Shown piece by piece: positions 8,648 through 17,600 of a stretch of DNA of 29,987 nt; within the stretch, counting starts at the first letter, position 1; each line of letters begins with the position of its first letter. The notes below the pieces were generated by a model. That model was not told the origin of the DNA. It worked only from the letters and a program-made list of their open reading frames with translations, and made no database searches. The position numbers and the translations under genes were made by a program. Origin of the DNA: a virus (Duplodnaviria > Caudoviricetes); the IMG/VR virus record IMGVR_UViG_3300037045_000291, positions 1 through 29,987 of that record. One strand, given 5' to 3'.

Positions 8648-8920
8648 ATGATTACATTAGCTCAAATTCAAAAGCGGTACATGAAACCAATCAACCGTAG
8701 TTTCAAAATGCAAATTGAGAAATACATTTCAGTACCGGAAGTGCAGCACTATATCGAGAAAGCAATGTATTACTCACTCGAAAAAGAAGACTACCGAAAA
8801 CTGGGTGAAATTGGTGGACACAAAGGCAAATATCAGTATTTGTACTGGCTCTGCTGCATTTACATTCACCCACTAACAATAGCTCAGCACATAGTAACAG
8901 AAGCATCAAAAATCAAGTAA
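8648..8920 (+). CDS. Hypothetical phage protein (90 aa)
   Basis: Co-oriented ORF ending 1 nt before the next start. Confidence 0.7.
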   Translation: MITLAQIQKRYMKPINRSFKMQIEKYISVPEVQHYIEKAMYYSLEKEDYRKLGEIGGHKGKYQYLYWLCCIYIHPLTIAQHIVTEASKIK

Positions 8921-8921
8921 T

Positions 8922-9251
8922 ATGGAATCGAATACAGACATCAAACCTTTCTGCAACCTCCACCTTTGGACAGATGTTGAACCATACGAAGTTGTGAAAG
9001 TAATTAGCCCCAAAAAAGTACAGATCAGAAAAATGGATGCCGTTCTGAAGGTGGCTCCTCAAACATTCCATCAGGGAGGTTTTGCGGCCAATTGCGAAGA
9101 CAATCATTCACAACGTTGGGAGTGTGTAAGTAATCCGGATTATCCACTTGAAACAATAACTCTTACTAAAAAAGGTTGGGGAAAGCCCGGAAGTCACGGA
9201 AGGTACAAAATGAATGAAAAGCCAGTGAAGTTTTACGATTACAATTTTTGA
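8922..9251 (+). CDS. Hypothetical phage protein (109 aa) ending KFYDYNF
   Basis: TDVEPYEVVKVIS...GGFAANC...PVKFYDYNF, a pattern I recall from diverse tailed-phage hypothetical proteins; function unknown. Confidence 0.75.
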   Translation: MESNTDIKPFCNLHLWTDVEPYEVVKVISPKKVQIRKMDAVLKVAPQTFHQGGFAANCEDNHSQRWECVSNPDYPLETITLTKKGWGKPGSHGRYKMNEKPVKFYDYNF

Positions 9252-9256
9252 AAGTT

Positions 9257-9448
9257 ATGAAAACACTCAATGTAGTAGTAATGGATTATTCAATCTGTAA
9301 AGTAACCTATCTTCAAAACATCATCTTACCCGAAGAGAACGACGAAGATGAAAGCACCATGATAGAAAATTACCTTTCAGATAACGGATTTCACCTTTCC
9401 AATTGCAATTGGATGTCGAGCGAGGATGAAATCGAGTTTGAAATCTAA
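9257..9448 (+). CDS. Small very acidic hypothetical protein (63 aa)
   Basis: ATG at 9257 in an AAAGTTATG context is preferred over the TTG at 9248; 14 Asp/Glu versus 2 Lys and no Arg. Confidence 0.7.
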   Translation: MKTLNVVVMDYSICKVTYLQNIILPEENDEDESTMIENYLSDNGFHLSNCNWMSSEDEIEFEI

Positions 9449-9531
9449 CAATTCTAATCATCGAAGTATGTCAGGCTAAATCAACGGAACTCAATCAATA
9501 TCAATTTGTTGCGATTATATTTAATTAACAG

Positions 9532-9570
9532 AAAGTGTTTACATGATAAGCATTTTCTGTTTTATTTTTG
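9532..9570 (+). promoter_or_regulatory. Late (head operon) promoter with palindromic operator
   Basis: AAAGTGTTTA-N5-TAAGCATTTT (9532-9556), then TATTTTTG -7 box (9563-9570); same architecture at 28867-28904. Confidence 0.7.
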
Positions 9571-9595
9571 CCTGAAAGAATTTATTACAAGTATC

Positions 9596-10267
9596 ATGAA
9601 TGAGAAGATTTTAGCGCTGTTGACTAATAAATTCACACAGGCAAGAAAAGATGGATTACAGCAGTTGGCACGTTCACTGACGTTACAGGTTGCTGATGAG
9701 TCCGAAGCACAGGCACTTATCGACAAGCTAACGGTCGAAAAAGTAACTGATTTTATCAAAGAATGGAGGCGTGAAGTTGATGCGGAAGTTTCCAATGCCA
9801 ACAAAACCTACGAGGGCACCTTACGCTCGAAGTATGATTTTGTGGATAAGAAAACCCAGACTAACACTCCCACACCCAAAAACGAAACTCCTGAAGACGT
9901 GGCCGAGATTATCAAACAATCCATTCAGGCTGCTGTTGAACCCCTTCAGGAAAAATTATCACTTCTTGAAAGCGGAAAAATCACCGATTCACGTAAGCAA
10001 ACTCTTAAAAGTAAACTTCACAACGCCCCGGCTGCATTTAAAAAAACCGTGTTAAGCAGTTTTGAGAAGATGCAGTTCCAAAGCGATGAAGAGTTCAACT
10101 CTTTCATTTCGGAAACGGAGCAGAATCTTGAAGCATTTACCCAAGAGGCTGCAAACAGCGGATTAGGTGGATTCCCTCGCCCCGGTATTCCTGCCGGAGC
10201 AGTTTCTCAGGATGCGGTTACTGCCGACATTAAAGCATGGGCAGGCGCCAGACAGGAAAATCATTAA
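9596..10267 (+). CDS. Capsid scaffolding protein
   Basis: Likely start is ATG 9596 (MNEKILALL), downstream of the promoter; helical charged protein with a Pro/Thr linker and Gly/Pro C-terminus, two genes upstream of the capsid gene. Confidence 0.75.
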   Translation: MNEKILALLTNKFTQARKDGLQQLARSLTLQVADESEAQALIDKLTVEKVTDFIKEWRREVDAEVSNANKTYEGTLRSKYDFVDKKTQTNTPTPKNETPEDVAEIIKQSIQAAVEPLQEKLSLLESGKITDSRKQTLKSKLHNAPAAFKKTVLSSFEKMQFQSDEEFNSFISETEQNLEAFTQEAANSGLGGFPRPGIPAGAVSQDAVTADIKAWAGARQENH

Positions 10268-10292
10268 TTTATTCACTTTTGAAATTTAAGCT

Positions 10293-10865
10293 ATGCAGAT
10301 TAAAAAAGAATATGCACGAGCCGGAATTCCTATTTGGCAAAGTAAAAACACTCAGGTAGCCCAGGGTGGTTTTTTGCTTCATGATGCAGCATTTAGCACC
10401 GAAGGGACTGTTGTTCCTGCCGGAATTCCAATCGGTTTTGACGAAGCGACCCGCAAGGCAAAGGTTGGCAAGTTTGCCGTAATGCAAGCTACTGCCACTG
10501 CTTCTGCAACAGATTATAAAATCCTTAAAGGGCACAAGCTCAAAGTTGGAATGGCTCTTACAACCACAGGAGCATCAGGGGCACAAAACATTACTGAAAT
10601 CACAACTACCGCTCAGGATTACGATGTGGTGAAACTCTCGGCAACGCTGGGTGTTGCTCTGTCGGTTGGTGATGCTTTGTTTGTGAATGACGAAGGTTTC
10701 ACCCAGCTCAAAGGATTACTCTATGAGGATGTTATCATTGATTCAAACGGAATTGCTGATGTTGCAGTAGTTCTTCACGGAACTGTTTATGCACGTCGTA
10801 TTGTTCCTGTTCCTGATGCTATTCAGGCGAAACTTCCTCTCATTATTTTCTCACAATCTTACTAA
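10293..10865 (+). CDS. Head decoration / auxiliary capsid protein
   Basis: 190 aa between scaffold and major capsid; GGF.L...VPAG.PI...GLLYEDV...V.HGTVY pattern. Confidence 0.65.
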   Translation: MQIKKEYARAGIPIWQSKNTQVAQGGFLLHDAAFSTEGTVVPAGIPIGFDEATRKAKVGKFAVMQATATASATDYKILKGHKLKVGMALTTTGASGAQNITEITTTAQDYDVVKLSATLGVALSVGDALFVNDEGFTQLKGLLYEDVIIDSNGIADVAVVLHGTVYARRIVPVPDAIQAKLPLIIFSQSY

Positions 10866-10880
10866 AAGGAGGGATAATTT

Positions 10881-11969
10881 ATGTCTAAAATACAGTCCAT
10901 TTTCGGGGCTTATGCAAACAGTTTGCAGACTATTATCGACAATAGTCTCGACCGTTTTGCTCCCAACTGGTATCCTAAGTACTTCGGCTGGGCCCCGGCA
11001 CAACAAACTCTTACTTTCACCTCGGTAGTAGGTGCAAGTCGTATTGAAGCAGCAGCTTCGATTGTCAACCGATCTTCCGAAGCTCCATTGAGGGCTCGCT
11101 CGGAACTGAGCAAATATCAGGGTGAAATTCCTGCTATCAAGCAGAAATTCTCCATGCGTGAAGGTGACTACCGTGATTTCCTTGCTCTTCAGGCATCCAG
11201 TCTTGATGAATCAGCCAAGAAAGCTCAGTTACTTGATTTCTTATTCGATGATGTTCAAAAAGCCGGAAGTGCACCACACAAGCGGTTGGATATTATGGTT
11301 CTTCAGGCCATTTCGACCGGAAAGATTTCTTTAACGGTGGATAATAATCCCGACGGTATCATCTTAAAAGAGGATTTAGACCTTTTGATGCCCTATGGTA
11401 ACAAGCTATCGGTTACATCCACTCCGGAACGTAAATGGAGCAATCCACTTACTTCAACTCCTCTTACCGACATTACGAATGTTGTCAATGAAGCCCGGCA
11501 GAAAGGTCACTCATTTGAAAAAATTCTGATGAGCATGACACAGGGGATGCAGCTATCGAAAAGCAAGGAGGTGATTGATAGTTTAATCTCATTCAATCAA
11601 CTTCAAAAAGGTGCTGCTATTGCCACATTTGCTAAGATTAACGAGTACCTGCAAGCTAATTTACTTCCACCTATCGAACTGGTGGATGAAGTCATTGGAA
11701 TTGAAAAGGATGGTATCATCAATACCTTCCGACCATGGCAGGAAGGTAATGTCGCTTTCATTCCTTCTGGTAAACTTGGAGTGATTAAAAACGCTGTTTG
11801 TCTGGAACAAATGCAACCTGTTCAGCATGTAAACTATGCTATTTACAACCGTGCATTACTCAGCAAATGGCAGGAGAACGACCCATGGGCAGAATTTACA
11901 GCTGTTGAGCTCAATGCTTTCCCTGCATTTGAAGCTATCGACAAGGTGTATATTCTAACAGTAGATTAA
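10881..11969 (+). CDS. Major capsid protein (HK97 fold, lambda gpE-like family)
   Basis: 362 aa; position in the module; GEIPAIKQK, QAISTGKI, KWSNP...PLTDI and QENDP.AEFT..E..AFP motifs typical of cap_E-type capsids. Confidence 0.88.
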   Translation: MSKIQSIFGAYANSLQTIIDNSLDRFAPNWYPKYFGWAPAQQTLTFTSVVGASRIEAAASIVNRSSEAPLRARSELSKYQGEIPAIKQKFSMREGDYRDFLALQASSLDESAKKAQLLDFLFDDVQKAGSAPHKRLDIMVLQAISTGKISLTVDNNPDGIILKEDLDLLMPYGNKLSVTSTPERKWSNPLTSTPLTDITNVVNEARQKGHSFEKILMSMTQGMQLSKSKEVIDSLISFNQLQKGAAIATFAKINEYLQANLLPPIELVDEVIGIEKDGIINTFRPWQEGNVAFIPSGKLGVIKNAVCLEQMQPVQHVNYAIYNRALLSKWQENDPWAEFTAVELNAFPAFEAIDKVYILTVD

Positions 11970-11972
11970 TCT

Positions 11973-12278
11973 ATGACTACAAGGCAATACCTGCAAATAG
12001 CACTTTCGAAGTTTGAAGTTGGTGATTCATTGATTGATTTAGTAGTTGTTGAGAACAGCCTTGACCCGGATTCCGATGTAAGTGTTGATGAAGTGAAGCG
12101 AGCGATTCATCGGAGTCTGGGCACATGGCTGCCAGTTCAAACTTCTATTTCTGAAGGTGGGGTTTCCATGACATGGAATTTGGATGCTTTAAAGCTCTAT
12201 TATTCGGCTCTTAGTCGGGAATTAGGCTTGGAGGATATCACCAAACCAACTATCAGAGATATGTCAAACATTTGGTAA
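11973..12278 (+). CDS. Head-tail adaptor/connector
   Basis: 101 aa immediately after the capsid gene, with an SISEGGVSMTW motif typical of connectors. Confidence 0.7.
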   Translation: MTTRQYLQIALSKFEVGDSLIDLVVVENSLDPDSDVSVDEVKRAIHRSLGTWLPVQTSISEGGVSMTWNLDALKLYYSALSRELGLEDITKPTIRDMSNIW

Positions 12279-12279
12279 T

Positions 12280-12588
12280 ATGAAGGGATTTGTACGGGCA
12301 GTATATCAATCGCAGGGGGGTATCAATCAAGATGGGGAACCGATTCCGGCAGTCAAGACATGGGGAGAGTATTCCCCCTGTCTTTATTCTGCAAATACTC
12401 TTTCCAACAAAGGAGTATATGTGGGAGGGGAATTTCAGGAATCATCCTTTACCATTACCCTGAAGAATATGTCGTTCAAAGCAGATTTCATTCAACTTGC
12501 CAACTCTAAAAAAGAGCTGGTTTGTGAAAAGCAGGTATTAAGTCTTGAAGTGTTGGATTCCGTAAAGCGAGTAAAAATTACCCTGTAA
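12280..12588 (+). CDS. Head closure (stopper) protein
   Basis: 102-aa beta-rich protein in the second neck position, with an N-terminal GGINQDGEP loop. Confidence 0.6.
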   Translation: MKGFVRAVYQSQGGINQDGEPIPAVKTWGEYSPCLYSANTLSNKGVYVGGEFQESSFTITLKNMSFKADFIQLANSKKELVCEKQVLSLEVLDSVKRVKITL

Positions 12589-13031
12589 TGCCGATTCATC
12601 AGAAAACACCACAAACAGCCATTGATGAGTACTTATCCAAACGTCTCAAAGAACGTGAGAGTAAGCTCATTTATGCATTGGAATATGTCGGTGTTAGTTG
12701 TGTTCGGGAAGCAAAGCTTAATCCCGGATACATCGACCAAACAGGTAATTTACGAAGCTCTATCGGATATATGATACTCAAAGAGGGAAGAGTTGTTTGC
12801 AGGTCAGGCTTTCATCAGGAAAAACAGGGTGATGATGGTGTAAAAGAGGGAAAGAATTTCCTGAAAAGCCTGATTGCTAATAACCAAAAAGGGTTGGTTT
12901 TGATAGTGGTTGCCGGAATGAATTACGCTGCCTATGTCGAAACCAAACGCAATGTCCTCAAGAAATCAGAATTACTGGCAGAGGAGTTAGTGCCCAAATT
13001 ATTAAGGCAGTTAGGATTCAAAGTGCAATGA
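12588..13031 (+). CDS. HK97 gp10-like neck/tail-completion protein
   Basis: DQTGNLRSSI and GMNYAAYVE motifs; 1-nt overlap with the upstream stop. Confidence 0.8.
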   Translation: MPIHQKTPQTAIDEYLSKRLKERESKLIYALEYVGVSCVREAKLNPGYIDQTGNLRSSIGYMILKEGRVVCRSGFHQEKQGDDGVKEGKNFLKSLIANNQKGLVLIVVAGMNYAAYVETKRNVLKKSELLAEELVPKLLRQLGFKVQ

Positions 13032-13435
13032 AAAAGACCGGAAGTACCTTTGAAAAGGAAGTGTTTCTGCTCATCAGAGATAGTCCATTGAAAGAATCTC
13101 TTTCAGGCGGTATTTATCGTGATGGAATGCGACCCTTCAATTCTGACAAAGAAGATGCTGTCATCTCATTTCTGACAGGTATTGATGGACAGTTCCAGAA
13201 AGGGATTGTAAACATCAACATCTTTGTTCCAGACATTGAGTTCGGAGGTTCCAATAAAGTGAAAAACATCGCCCGGTGCAATCAGATTGAGGAGTTGTGT
13301 CAAGGGATTATCCCTTCTCTCAAAAAGGAGGGTTATCGCTTTTCGTTGGATTCACTCATTCAGACTTTTAAGGCAGAAGAAACCAGTCAGCACTTTGTGA
13401 ATGTGAAGTTGAGATTCGATTATGTGACATTTTAA
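13028..13435 (+). CDS. Tail terminator protein
   Basis: 135 aa directly upstream of the major tail gene, with an ATGA overlap at its start. Confidence 0.65.
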   Translation: MKKTGSTFEKEVFLLIRDSPLKESLSGGIYRDGMRPFNSDKEDAVISFLTGIDGQFQKGIVNINIFVPDIEFGGSNKVKNIARCNQIEELCQGIIPSLKKEGYRFSLDSLIQTFKAEETSQHFVNVKLRFDYVTF

Positions 13436-13447
13436 AAATTTGAAGTT

Positions 13448-13903
13448 ATGGCTTTATCGTGGGGAAAACCAAAGATAGAAGTTGCACCGTATGTAGGCGG
13501 TGCTTTGCCTGCATCTCCAGCATATACTGCTTTTCCGGAAATTAGGGAAGACAGTGCACGACTTTCCACAACTAAGGGAAAGAAGCGGGAAGCAAGGGCA
13601 GAAGGTGGTGAATTAGTTGATATGTGTTACTCAAAAAACGCTTACTCTTTTGAGTGTGAGGTTTTCGTAAAGTCTGGTGATACCCGACCTATCGAAGACA
13701 ACGATGGAGTTATTGCGAATAAATACGCTGTTCGTTTAACACCGGAGGACCCGACAGCAGAGGGTTTCATCTTTGAAAAATCGCTTGTAAGCGTAGAAGA
13801 GATTTGGAGTGCTGCCGATGGAAAGCTCCTCAAATACACTTTTGAAGCACTTAAACCAACAAGCGGTAAGATGTGCAAACCATATACTGGTCAGGCTGAA
13901 TAG
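13448..13903 (+). CDS. Major tail (tube) protein
   Basis: 151-aa beta-rich protein (MALSWGKP...AEGGELVD...YTFEALKP) located before the chaperone and tape measure genes. Confidence 0.8.
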   Translation: MALSWGKPKIEVAPYVGGALPASPAYTAFPEIREDSARLSTTKGKKREARAEGGELVDMCYSKNAYSFECEVFVKSGDTRPIEDNDGVIANKYAVRLTPEDPTAEGFIFEKSLVSVEEIWSAADGKLLKYTFEALKPTSGKMCKPYTGQAE

Positions 13904-13913
13904 CCTCTTTTTT

Positions 13914-13988
13914 AGCGAGGGAGAACGATGGTTGTTCGTTTATTCCATGAGTGAGTAAAAGGTGGTGGTTCGATTCCACCTCTCGCAA
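13914..13988 (+). tRNA. Non-canonical tRNA-like element (initiator tRNA-Met-like scaffold, atypical anticodon arm; pseudo-tRNA or tRNA mimic)
   Basis: Acceptor stem AGCGAGG/TCTCGCA (1:72 mismatch, discriminator A), D-arm GAAC-GATGGTT-GTTC, T-arm GGTGG-TTCGATT-CCACC, CAT at 13946-13948. It lacks U8, A14, A21 and an encoded CCA. Confidence 0.7.
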
Positions 13989-14010
13989 CTTATTTTTTTG
14001 TAGGGTTGAT

Positions 14011-14484
14011 ATGCGTGTTGAAGAAAAAGTAGCCAAAACAATTTTCCAGGAGAAGGAAAAAATCAAAATAGGCAGTAAGGAGTACATGATAGCTCCACCC
14101 ACTACTGCCACACTTATTCAGGTGTCGAGACTGATTGCAAAATTGCCCGACATAAAGCTTGAAAACGATGAAGTGTTTTTTGGGTCACTAATGATTGCCA
14201 AAGAATGCCATATTTTGGGCAAAATAGCCGCAATTTTAATATTGGGCGTGGATAGGCATATCTTTTATCATTCCGAAAGAAAAACGCTCTTAAATCGCCT
14301 AAAAACACGCCATGCCAGAAAAGTCGATGAACTTGCCGATGTGATGCTGTTTGAATGCAAACCCAGCGAGGTGAATTCATTCATCGTAAACCAACTTTCG
14401 AGAATGGAGATTGGCGATTTTTTCGGGCTTACCACTTCCCTGTGCGAAATAAATATCCTAAGAAAAACAAGGGGAGTGGTGTAG
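14011..14484 (+). CDS. Tail assembly chaperone (gpG-like)
   Basis: Likely start is ATG 14011 (MRVEEKV), because the track's GTG at 13951 lies inside the tRNA-like element; sits between major tail and tape measure. Confidence 0.75.
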   Translation: MRVEEKVAKTIFQEKEKIKIGSKEYMIAPPTTATLIQVSRLIAKLPDIKLENDEVFFGSLMIAKECHILGKIAAILILGVDRHIFYHSERKTLLNRLKTRHARKVDELADVMLFECKPSEVNSFIVNQLSRMEIGDFFGLTTSLCEINILRKTRGVV

Positions 14485-14687
14485 ATAACGACAGTATTTG
14501 GTCACTGGTAGCAGGTGTTGCCAAAAACTTTCCTCAACTCAAATTCAACGAAATTCTTTTTGATTTAAGCTATTCCAATTTGGTGCTTTACAGTGCCGTG
14601 TTGCCAACATACGAAGATGACAACGGTGATATCGATGCCGATGACCCACGTAACAAACATCTGATAAGGAGCATGCTGTATGATTAA
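14418..14687 (+). CDS. C-terminal extension of the tail chaperone (gpGT-like), reached by -1 ribosomal frameshift
   Basis: In-frame slippery heptamer T TTT TTC at 14418-14424; the -1 frame is open to 14687 (…DNDSIWSLVAGVAKNF…SYSNLVLYSAVLP…) and overlaps the tape measure start. Confidence 0.65.
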   Translation, partial: FFRAYHFPVRNKYPKKNKGSGVDNDSIWSLVAGVAKNFPQLKFNEILFDLSYSNLVLYSAVLPTYEDDNGDIDADDPRNKHLIRSMLYD

Positions 14688-17600
14688 CGATTCCGGAAAA
14701 ATATGGTACTCAACAGGGATTGATAATTCCCAACTTCAGAGGGATGCCGAAAAAGCTAAGGGGCTTATCGGAAGCATCGGACAAAGGGCGGTTGATGAGG
14801 GTAGTCGAATAGATAATACCCTTAGTCAACTGGGAAAAGCTTTTGCCACTGTTTTCACTATTCAACAGGCAGCCAATTTTGCCCGGGAGTTAGCCAATGT
14901 CAGAGGGGAGTTTCAACAGTTGGAGATAGCTTTTACCACCATGCTCAAAAGCAAGGAAAGGGCTGATCTTTTGATGCGTGAAATAGTGGACTTTGCAGCT
15001 ACCACTCCATTTGACCTTCAAGGTGTGGCTTCGGGTGCAAAGCAGCTTTTGGCATATGGATTCACGGCAGACAGCATTCGTGATAATCTTACTATGTTGG
15101 GTAACGTTGCAGCAGGTGTTGGTTCTCAAATTGGAGATATCATCTACCTGTACGGAACGTTGAACGCTCAGGGAAAGGTTATGACCAAAGACCTGATGCA
15201 GTTTGCCGGTCGAGGTATTCCCATCTACAAAGAGCTGGCAGCCGTACTACAGGTTACTGAAAAGGAAGTGATGGACTTTGCATCTTCTGGTCAGCTTTCC
15301 TTCGCTCATGTTGAACAGGCATTCAAAAACATGGTCAGTGAATCAGGGATGTTTTATAACCTGATGCAGGAACAATCCAAATCCATCACTGGCCAGCTAT
15401 CCAACTTAGGGGATTCCATCGACCAGATGTTCAATCAGATTGGTCAGTCCTCAGAAGGTGTTATTTCGGGTGCAATTTCTGGTGCTGCATATTTGGTGGA
15501 AAACTACCAAAAGGTAGGTGAAGTGATTGGTTCGCTGGTTGCCGTTTACGGTACTTACAAAGCTGCTATCATGGTGTTTAATGTGGTTCAATCCACATCC
15601 ATCGCTTTAAGCAGGGGCTGGACAGTTGCTGAACTTGCAAAGTTCAAAGCTTTGGTACTGGTAGAAGGTGCTCAAAAACTCCTTAACAAAACCATGTTGG
15701 CTAATCCTTACATAGCAGCTACAATGGCGGTAGTTACTCTTACTACTGCTTTAACCTTTTACGCCCGGAGTGCCAAGAAAGCCCAATCAGAAACTCAAAT
15801 GCTGGGCGACATAACCAAGGAAGCTGAAAGTAACATCAAGACAGAGGTTTCAGAGTTAGAGTCTTTGCGAAAGATACTCGATGATTCCACTAAAGGCTAT
15901 TCAGACAGGAAGAAAGCATTGGATAAAATCAGGGAAATTGTTCCTGAATATCATGCATCACTCTCTACTGAGGGAGCGCTGATAAACAACAATTCCGATG
16001 CGCTGGACGGTTATGTAAAGAAACTCAAATACACCGAACAGGTTCGGATTGCTGTTGCAAAACAGGCAGAAGCACAGGAGACGCTCGATAGCTGGAAAGC
16101 TAAAAACAGGGATGTCCTTGCTGGTGCTGTTGCAAAAAAGTACGGTGGTAGGGAGAATGAAATGTTTGCAGGCGAAAAGGCTGCAATGGATATCTACAAG
16201 CGCCTTTCCGATGAAGCTCATAAATACTCACTGGTAATTGATAAGCTTCAGGAGGAGATGCTAAAGGTAACACCTGAAACATCTACTTCTTTTACAGCAC
16301 CAGAGAAGGATGATAAAAAAACCGACAAGCTACTCAATCAAATCAGGAACGAAAAGATAGAAATCGAGCGGGCCAAGGAGGATTTATACTTTAATCGTGT
16401 AGAAGCGGAACTGGAACTATTGGAAGAAGGTTCAGCCAAAGAACTGGCTCAGTTGGAGCTTAATTTTCGTCGTAAGATAACCGAAATCAATCGTCAGGAG
16501 GATGAACTTTTACAGGTATTACGCAACCATGCTAAAAAGGAATGGGAAGCAAAGGGTGGTCAGGGTACATTTAACGAAAACTCCATCACTCTACCAAAGG
16601 AACAGGCCGATGAGTTCGAACGCCTGCGGGATGCTGAAAGTAAATCTTACGAAATTGCACAGGGTGATGTTTACAAGAAACTCCTTATAAAATATCAAAC
16701 CTATGCAGAACAAAGAAAAAGCATCGAGGAGAAATTTCAAAAGGACATTGCCGAACTGACTACAAAGTTCGGAGCTGATAGTTCGGCTGTAAAGGTTGCA
16801 ACAGAACAGATGAAACAGGCACTGGATGAACTCTCTAAAGATGTTCTACAGGACAGTGGTTCGGGACTGTTGGATTTATACCTATTCGGGGATGGTACGG
16901 ACTTTATTACATCAAAAATAAAGGAGGCCTTACCCTTATTCGAGGATATCACCAAACTATCCTACAACGAGCTTTCAAAGGTTAAGGAAATCATCGGCAA
17001 AGTGACTTTTACCGACAAGCAGTTAGCACTTTTTAAAGAAGCTGGTATCGATATCGAAAAACTCAAAACAGCACTGGATGAAGCTAAAGAGTCAGCCGAT
17101 GAGATGCTGGATGTCAAGGCATGGGAAAAGGTTGATGAAATGGCCAAAAAACTTTCTGATTCACTGGGTGAATTAGGGGACTCGCTTTCTACCTTCTCAG
17201 GAGTAATGGGTGAAATCGGGAAAGCTATTTCAGGGATTTCCGGCAGTCTGGATGATGTGCTCACTTCCTTTGATAAGAACGCTACTTCAATGGATATCGT
17301 CAGTGCAGGTATTTCCGGACTTTCCACACTGCTTTCCATGATTGGAAACCAGATAGAGCAAAACAGGCAGGCTCAGGAAGAATGGAACTTAAAGATTCTC
17401 GAAGCAGCTCATAACATATCTATGGCTCGCATCGAAATGGAAGCTTATAAGGAATCAAACATCTTTGGAGTTGAGAATCCCTACGCTAAAGCGATAGCTG
17501 GTGCACGGCAATATTCTGCTGCGATTTTTGAGCTCAAATCAACCGCAAACACTCTTTCTCAGGGGAAAGTTCAAACCGGAACAAAGCAACAGCTTGATGC

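Noticed and set aside
9506-9595. ORF-track N-terminal extension of the scaffold from TTG 9506 (likewise the extensions at 9248, 13951, 23263 and 28844)
   Set aside because: These extensions run through promoters, the operator or the tRNA-like element, or use weak starts; downstream ATGs give better N-termini.
14355-14687. Independent 110-aa gene as listed in the ORF track
   Set aside because: Its start lies 130 nt inside the chaperone gene; better explained as the -1 frameshift extension.
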